A model generated the notes under the pieces. The model made no database searches, was not told the DNA's origin, and was given only the letters and a program-made list of their open reading frames with translations. Of a DNA stretch of 64,000 bases, positions 58,227 through 64,000 are shown one piece after another (position 1 is the stretch's first letter; each line of letters starts with the position of its first letter). The position numbers were made by a program, and so were the translations under genes. Where the stretch lies: contig DATCJT010000062.1 in assembly GCA_036562645.1 (NCBI GenBank), forward strand, positions 4,041 to 68,040, written 5' to 3'. The DNA is from Methylophilaceae bacterium (GTDB lineage Bacteria > Pseudomonadota > Gammaproteobacteria > Burkholderiales > Methylophilaceae).

Positions 58227-58937
58227 ATGAGACGGGTATCGAGGCGGCTGCGCAGGCATTTCGGAGCGACGACAAAACGGGTAACCGTGCGTGCGAAGCA
58301 GCCTTGGTACTGGCAGTGGCTCATCGCGCTGAGCCTGATCCTTGTAGGATATCTGATCGGATACTGGCAGTTCACCGGAGGTAACTACAGCGGTCTGGTC
58401 AAAAGCGTGAACAATCTGTTGCGCGACAACCAGCAGCTGGAAGCGAAGACGGTGTTCCGCGAGCGGCAGCTGCAGGTCGAGCGAGCCGCACAACGCAGTC
58501 TAGCCGAGGAATTGGCCGCGTTGCAGGACGAGAACATGGAGCTGAAGAGCGAGCTCGCCTTCTATCGGAGCATACTCAACGAGAGTTCTACCGCCGGCGA
58601 ACTGAAGCTCCACAGTTTCAGGGTCATCAAGGGGAAGCTGCCGGACCAATATGAATACCAGGTGCTGCTGATACAATCCGGCAGGCACGACAAGGCGGTA
58701 CAGGGCAGTTTGGATCTCAGGCTGACGGCACTGCAAGACGGTGCGGAGGTCAAGGTTCCGTTGACGGACGGAATTTCGACAATCGGCCCAATCAAGGTCA
58801 ATTTCAAGTATTATCAGCGGATTGATGGCAGTTTCGTATTGCCGCCGGGCTACAGTAGACCATCGGTATTGCTCAGCCTTACGGAAAGGGGAAAGCGCGA
58901 GCCTTCCATCATTCAGCAGCTCGATCTGCCGGATTGA
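58227..58937 (+). CDS. Membrane-anchored coiled-coil protein (DUF6776-like), partner of the downstream bactofilin
   Basis: 236 aa. It has a basic N-terminus, one TM segment (WYWQWLIALSLILVGYLIGYW), a coiled coil (LLRDNQQLEAK...LQDENMELKSELAFYRSIL) and then a beta-rich domain. Confidence 0.65.
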   Translation: MRRVSRRLRRHFGATTKRVTVRAKQPWYWQWLIALSLILVGYLIGYWQFTGGNYSGLVKSVNNLLRDNQQLEAKTVFRERQLQVERAAQRSLAEELAALQDENMELKSELAFYRSILNESSTAGELKLHSFRVIKGKLPDQYEYQVLLIQSGRHDKAVQGSLDLRLTALQDGAEVKVPLTDGISTIGPIKVNFKYYQRIDGSFVLPPGYSRPSVLLSLTERGKREPSIIQQLDLPD

Positions 58938-58960
58938 TACCTCGAAATTGAAGGAAAGCT

Positions 58961-59371
58961 ATGTTCTCAAGAAACCGAAACAAGGCATCCAGTCGGATTG
59001 ATACGCTGATTGGTGCGGATACGAAGATCGATGGCGATATCCATTTCAGCGGCGGGCTCAGGGTTGACGGCAGCGTACACGGCAACGTGACCGAGACCGA
59101 GACCCCCGGCACACTGGTGCTGAGTGAGAACGGCAGCATCGAGGGAGCCATTACGGTATCCCATGTCGTGATCAACGGCGAGGTGACGGGGCCCGTGCGT
59201 GCCATGCAGTTCATTGAGCTACAGCCCAAGTCGCGGGTCGTCGGTGATGTCAGCTACAAGACGCTGGAAATGCATACGGGAGCCGTGGTGGAAGGCAAGC
59301 TGATCTACCTTGGCGAAGAGGGAAAGGCTTCATCAGGCAGCTCTCTGCTGGCAGACGTGGGCGAGAGTTGA
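58961..59371 (+). CDS. Bactofilin (polymer-forming cytoskeletal protein, DUF583)
   Basis: 136 aa with repetitive beta-helix pattern: IGADTKIDGDIHFSGGLRVDGSVHGNV ... INGEVTGPV ... VVGDVSYKTLEMHTGAVVEGKL. Confidence 0.85.
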   Translation: MFSRNRNKASSRIDTLIGADTKIDGDIHFSGGLRVDGSVHGNVTETETPGTLVLSENGSIEGAITVSHVVINGEVTGPVRAMQFIELQPKSRVVGDVSYKTLEMHTGAVVEGKLIYLGEEGKASSGSSLLADVGES

Positions 59372-59439
59372 ATGAACCGACCGGCCGGTAGGCTGGTCCA
59401 AAGAGAAAGTAAACGGTTGATGAATCTAAAGGAGCTGTA

Positions 59440-59790
59440 ATGAGTATGGAAACAGAAATGCCAAGCCCGCTGATCTTTACCGAGAACGCGGCCAGAAAGG
59501 TGAAGGAACTGATTGAAGAGGAAGGTACGCCGGACCTGAAGCTGCGTGTGTTCGTCAGTGGCGGTGGCTGCTCGGGCTTTCAGTACGGGTTTACCTTCGA
59601 GGAGGAGGTCAACGAGGACGATACCGAAGTGGAGCGTAACGGTGTCCGTCTGCTGATCGACCCGATGAGTCTGCAGTATCTGATGGGTGCGGAAATCGAT
59701 TACCAGGATAGCCTGCAGGGTTCGCAGTTCGTCATTCGCAACCCGAATGCGGTCAGCACCTGCGGCTGCGGATCGTCGTTCTCCGTGTGA
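59440..59790 (+). CDS. erpA: Iron-sulfur cluster insertion protein ErpA (HesB/IscA family)
   Basis: 116 aa with [17 protein letters not shown] and the C-terminal CGCGSSFSV. An AAGGAG Shine-Dalgarno sequence lies 5 nt upstream. Confidence 0.93.
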   Translation: MSMETEMPSPLIFTENAARKVKELIEEEGTPDLKLRVFVSGGGCSGFQYGFTFEEEVNEDDTEVERNGVRLLIDPMSLQYLMGAEIDYQDSLQGSQFVIRNPNAVSTCGCGSSFSV

Positions 59791-59808
59791 CAGGGCATGA
59801 ATTCACCA

Positions 59809-59842
59809 AAAGAAAAGGGGCGTTGCGGCCCCTTTTCTTTTT
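59809..59842. terminator. Bidirectional terminator between convergent erpA and gltA
   Basis: AGAAAAGGGGC-GTTGCG-GCCCCTTTTCT hairpin with T-rich tails. Confidence 0.8.
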
Positions 59843-59862
59843 CAGGAATCTATCGTTCCGAT

Positions 59863-61167
59863 TCAATTTCCGGACTTGCGTTGCTCGATGGGGACAAACT
59901 CCCGGCGTGCATGTCCCGTATACAGCTGACGAGGCCTGCCGATCTTGGAGTCGCTATCGGAAATCATCTCATTCCATTGCGCGACCCAGCCGGCCGTGCG
60001 GGCCATGGCGAAAATCGCGGTGAACATCGAATTGGGAATGCCCATCGCGCGCATGACGATGCCGGAATAGAAATCGACGTTGGGGTACAGCCTGCGGCTG
60101 ACGAAATAGTCATCTTCGAGTGCGATCTGTTCCAGCTTGAGTGCTAGCTTGAACATGGGATCATTGTGCAGACCGAGTTCGTCCAGCACCTGGTGGCAGG
60201 TCTGGCGCATGATGGCGGCGCGCGGGTCCATGTTCTTGTAGACACGGTGACCAAAGCCCATGAGGCGGAAGGAGTCGGTCTTGTCCTTGGCCCGGTTGAT
60301 GTATTCACCGATGCGGCTGACGTCACCGATTTCCTCCAGCATCTTCAGTGTGGCCTCATTGGCGCCGCCATGTGCCGGTCCCCAGAGCGAGGCGATGCCG
60401 GCAGCGATGCAGGCGTAGGGGTTGGCGCCGCTGGAACCGGCCAGGCGAACGGTGGATGTCGAGGCATTCTGCTCGTGGTCGGCGTGCAGGATCAGAATGC
60501 GGTCGAAGGCTTTTGCCAGTACCGGGTTGGGCTTGTATTCCTCGCAGGGTGTGGCGAACATCATGTGCATGAAGTTTTCCGCAAAATTGAACTTGTTTTG
60601 CGGATACATGAACGGCTCGCCGATGTTGTATTTATAGCTCCAAGCGGCGATGGTTGGCACCTTGGCCAGCAGCCTGCAGGCGGCAGCGTCTCGGTTCCTG
60701 GGGTCATGGATGTTGATGGATTCGTGGTAGAACGCCGACATGGAGCCTACGACACCGACCATGACCGCCATCGGATGAGCGTCACGCCTGAATCCGCGGA
60801 AGATGTTGGTAAGCTGGTCGTGAACCATGGTATGCCGCATGATTCTGTCGGTGAACTGCTGCTTTTCCTCGGCGGTCGGCAGTTCGCCATACATCAGCAG
60901 ATAGGCGACTTCAAGGAAATCGCAATGGTCGGCCAGTTGCTCGATCGGATAACCGCGGTAATACAGCAGCCCCTGTTCGCCGTCAATGTAGGTGATTCCG
61001 GAATTGCACGAGGCCGTCGATAGAAAGCCCGGGTCATAGGTGAAAACACCATGCTTGCCGAGATTGCGGATATCGATGACGCTTGGTCCCAGCGTGCCAT
61101 CCAGCATCGGTAGCTCGATTGGCGGTGCGCCGTTGTCGAAGGTCAAGGTTACTTTTGTTGGTTTCAT
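59863..61167 (-). CDS. gltA: Citrate synthase (type II)
   Basis: The start is taken at ATG 61167 ([33 protein letters not shown]); the track ORF begins at a TTG 15 nt upstream. It has [14 protein letters not shown] and other citrate synthase motifs. Confidence 0.95.
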   Translation of the reverse strand: MKPTKVTLTFDNGAPPIELPMLDGTLGPSVIDIRNLGKHGVFTYDPGFLSTASCNSGITYIDGEQGLLYYRGYPIEQLADHCDFLEVAYLLMYGELPTAEEKQQFTDRIMRHTMVHDQLTNIFRGFRRDAHPMAVMVGVVGSMSAFYHESINIHDPRNRDAAACRLLAKVPTIAAWSYKYNIGEPFMYPQNKFNFAENFMHMMFATPCEEYKPNPVLAKAFDRILILHADHEQNASTSTVRLAGSSGANPYACIAAGIASLWGPAHGGANEATLKMLEEIGDVSRIGEYINRAKDKTDSFRLMGFGHRVYKNMDPRAAIMRQTCHQVLDELGLHNDPMFKLALKLEQIALEDDYFVSRRLYPNVDFYSGIVMRAMGIPNSMFTAIFAMARTAGWVAQWNEMISDSDSKIGRPRQLYTGHARREFVPIEQRKSGN

Positions 61168-61207
61168 AAGCGCTTCAATCAATTTTCAAAAATCGGCAGG
61201 ATGCTGA

Positions 61208-62308
61208 TCATCTGGCGTAGACAGCACCCAGAATTCTCGGGCCGTTGGCGCCGGTTACTGTAGGCAGGTTGCCAGGCTCGTTATGCAGGCGACGATACGC
61301 AAGCCAGGCAAAAGCGGCACTTTCAACGTGATTGATGTTGATGCCAAGTTCGTCAGAAAGCGCAATTCTTACAGGCTGCAGCAAATCACGCAAGCGCGCA
61401 ACCAGTAGCGGGTTGTACGCGCCTCCGCCGCAAAGATAGATTTCCTCGGCACCGTGACAGTGTTCGCGGATGGCATCGCTGATGGATATTGCCGTCAGTT
61501 CAAGCAGGGTGCGCTGAATGTCTTCGGGTGGGAAATCCGGGCGGATGCGGGCGCTGAGCCAGCCCAGATTGAACAGGTCGCGTCCGGTGCTTTTCGGCGG
61601 AGGTTTCCTGAAAAAGGGTTCGTTCAGCAACACCTGCAGTAGCGAGGGTATGACATGCCCCTGCGATGCCCAAAAGCCATCGTGGTCATACGATAGTCCT
61701 TGTACATGTTCTATCCAGGCATCCATCAGCATGTTTCCGGGGCCGGAATCGAAGCCGGTCACGGGGCTGCCGTCACAGGGCAGATCGGTGAGATTGGCGA
61801 TACCGCCGATATTGACGACAACCCGATGAAAGGTCGGGTGTTGGAAAACGGCATGATGAAAGGCGGGAACCAGCGGCGCTCCCTGGCCTCCTGCAGCGAG
61901 GTCACGGCTACGGAAGTCCGCAACCGTATCGATGCCGGTCAATTCCGCCAGCAATGCCGGGTTGCCGATTTGCAGCGTGAAGCCTTGCTCGGGGCAGTGA
62001 CGTATGGTCTGGCCATGACAGCCGATGGCGCGTATATCCTGTTTCCGCAAGCGCGACTTTTGCAAAAGCTGTTCGACGGCGGAGGCGTATAAGCGGGACA
62101 GGGCGTTGCCGGCCATGGCCGCACGTTCAAGCTCGTTGGTGCCGGGATGATGCAGATCCAGCAGTTGTTGGCGCAATTCGGTAGTGAAAGGTGTGAAGTG
62201 CGCGTTCCTGACCAGGCAGTGGTCGCCGGCGATTTCGAGCAGGACAGCATCGACCCCATCCAGGCTCGTGCCGGACATCAGGCCGATAAAAAGGTCGCCT
62301 GCTACCAT
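61208..62308 (-). CDS. anmK: Anhydro-N-acetylmuramic acid kinase
   Basis: 366 aa with GLMSGTSLDGVDAVL and the FDSGPGNMLMD motif. Confidence 0.93.
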   Translation of the reverse strand: MVAGDLFIGLMSGTSLDGVDAVLLEIAGDHCLVRNAHFTPFTTELRQQLLDLHHPGTNELERAAMAGNALSRLYASAVEQLLQKSRLRKQDIRAIGCHGQTIRHCPEQGFTLQIGNPALLAELTGIDTVADFRSRDLAAGGQGAPLVPAFHHAVFQHPTFHRVVVNIGGIANLTDLPCDGSPVTGFDSGPGNMLMDAWIEHVQGLSYDHDGFWASQGHVIPSLLQVLLNEPFFRKPPPKSTGRDLFNLGWLSARIRPDFPPEDIQRTLLELTAISISDAIREHCHGAEEIYLCGGGAYNPLLVARLRDLLQPVRIALSDELGININHVESAAFAWLAYRRLHNEPGNLPTVTGANGPRILGAVYAR

Positions 62309-62335
62309 CGCGCTGGAAAGGCGGCTGCAAGACCG

Positions 62336-63703
62336 CTATTGGTCAATAGAGGCAATGCGGCTTGCGCCCAGCAGCTCGAGCTGGGCGATCAGAGGTCTGC
62401 TTTGTGCGAGGAAATCGCTGCGATACTTCGAATCAATGGATGCAGCTGTCGGTAGCGCAATCTTCATCGGATCGACATGGCGGCCATTGACCAGTAGTTC
62501 GTAATGGAGGTGCGGTCCGGTAGCAAGCCCGGTCATGCCGACGGCGCCAATAATCTGGCCCTGTGAGACACGTTGCCCTGCTCGCAGTCCCGGGGTGAAG
62601 CGCGACAAGTGTGCGTACAGCGTGCTCATGTTGTTTTGGTGCTTGATGATGACGACATTGCCGTAACCGCCCTTGACACCGACAAAACTGACAACGCCGT
62701 CGGATGCAGCTTTCACGCGGGTCCCGGTCGGAGCGGCCAGATCTACGCCCTTGTGTGCGCGCATCTTCTGTAACACGGGGTGAAAACGTCCCAAGCTAAA
62801 ACCGGAACTGATGCGTGTGAATTCCAGCGGAGAGCGCAGAAAGGACTTGTGCAGGCTTTTGCCTTCAGGCGTGTAGTAGCTTACCCGGCCCTCCGGGTTG
62901 CGATACATGATGGCTCGATGGGTCTTGCCCTGATTGGTGAATTCGGCTGCCAGAATCTGGCCGCTTCTGACCAGCTGACCGTTGCGGTAATGCGATTCAT
63001 AAATCACATTGAAATGGTCACCCTTGCGTAGGTCGGTATGGAAATCGATCTCGCTGGAGAAAATTTCCGCCATCTGTATCGCGATCCGGTCTGGGATACC
63101 GGCAGCGTCGGTCGCGCCGAAGAGTGAGCTAGTGATTGCTGCCGATTTCAGTGTCGGCAAAGTTTCCAGCGGGCTTTCGTCCTTATACGCGCGATAGCCG
63201 TCATCGGTGCGTTCGACAATCAGGGCGCTGGCCGCATCCAGTTCATATTCGAGTCGAATCAGCTCACCTAGGTGATTGGTTTGCGCCTGGATGTTGCGGC
63301 CTGGTTTCAGCTGACTGGGCAGGGCGGCGGCATCCGGGTGGGTGCGCAGGAAGCGGATGGCTTCCGGATTGCTGATGTTGAGGCGGCTGAGCAGACTGGA
63401 TAGGGTATCGTCGCGCCTCACCTGCTCGATTTGCCAGAAACTGTCGAGTCCGGCGATTTCGTTATGACTGATTGCATCTTCTTGCAGGCCGGAGAGTTCG
63501 GTGACGGGGAATTGTGGCAGAGAGACTTCTTCGATGACGGTTGCGATTTCGATTTCTTCGATGGCTGTCTGGGGAGCGATGGCGAACGCTGCATAGATAC
63601 CGAGAAAGGGCAGGGCCGATAGCGCCAGCAGCCAGCGCAGGGTCAGCTTGCGTTCTTTCAAATTGAGTTTTTGCGCTAAGATATCGGTTTTGCTTGCGGA
63701 CAT
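62336..63703 (-). CDS. M23 family murein endopeptidase (OapA/LysM-like N-domain, MepM/YebA-like)
   Basis: 455 aa. It has an N-terminal anchor, and an M23 catalytic domain with HKGVDLAAPTGTRV and GLATGPHLHYEL. Confidence 0.88.
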   Translation of the reverse strand: MSASKTDILAQKLNLKERKLTLRWLLALSALPFLGIYAAFAIAPQTAIEEIEIATVIEEVSLPQFPVTELSGLQEDAISHNEIAGLDSFWQIEQVRRDDTLSSLLSRLNISNPEAIRFLRTHPDAAALPSQLKPGRNIQAQTNHLGELIRLEYELDAASALIVERTDDGYRAYKDESPLETLPTLKSAAITSSLFGATDAAGIPDRIAIQMAEIFSSEIDFHTDLRKGDHFNVIYESHYRNGQLVRSGQILAAEFTNQGKTHRAIMYRNPEGRVSYYTPEGKSLHKSFLRSPLEFTRISSGFSLGRFHPVLQKMRAHKGVDLAAPTGTRVKAASDGVVSFVGVKGGYGNVVIIKHQNNMSTLYAHLSRFTPGLRAGQRVSQGQIIGAVGMTGLATGPHLHYELLVNGRHVDPMKIALPTAASIDSKYRSDFLAQSRPLIAQLELLGASRIASIDQ

Positions 63704-63771
63704 GGGCCATCCCTGAACACTGGTTTTGGCCGTCGATGGTAACAGAAAAGCTTAAAGTGTTGAACATATAG

Positions 63772-64000
<229 letters not shown>

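Overview
This window is a chromosomal replication-origin region, most likely from a betaproteobacterium (a Nitrosomonadales or Methylophilaceae-type layout, with GC in the mid-50s by eye). It is almost entirely core housekeeping DNA. From 1 to about 15.0 kb every gene is on the minus strand: atpDGAHFEBI, parBA, rsmG, mnmG, mnmE, yidC, yidD, rnpA, rpmH. From 15.3 kb the genes switch to the plus strand: dnaA, dnaN, gyrB. This is the strand switch expected at an origin. The dnaA-dnaN spacer is AT-rich and carries a cluster of DnaA boxes. Three identical perfect parS palindromes bracket dnaA. The rest is conserved metabolism and maintenance:
- argH, algZ/algR-like two-component system, hemCDXY
- cutA, dsbD, tlpA-like gene
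- aroQ, accBC, prmA, ettA
- hemW, rdgB, rph, yicC
- gmk, rpoZ, spoT, ridA, recG, ubiCA
- rplM, rpsI, argC, erpA, gltA, anmK, an M23 peptidase, tyrS

I saw no rRNA, tRNA, CRISPR array, transposase, integrase, prophage or recognisable defence island. I did not find a convincing novel multi-gene system. The best second-look items are:
- a Hanks kinase / PP2C phosphatase pair wedged between rph and yicC
- an unannotatable 74-aa ORF coupled by ATGA overlaps between rdgB and hemW
- an orphan macrodomain gene
- a membrane coiled-coil protein plus bactofilin pair
- a FimV-like protein with no visible LysM motif
- a 410-bp unexplained spacer upstream of a DUF488 gene
- a recG with no canonical start codon for its conserved N-terminus

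All calls come from reading the translations and the sequence by eye. No searches or statistics were run.
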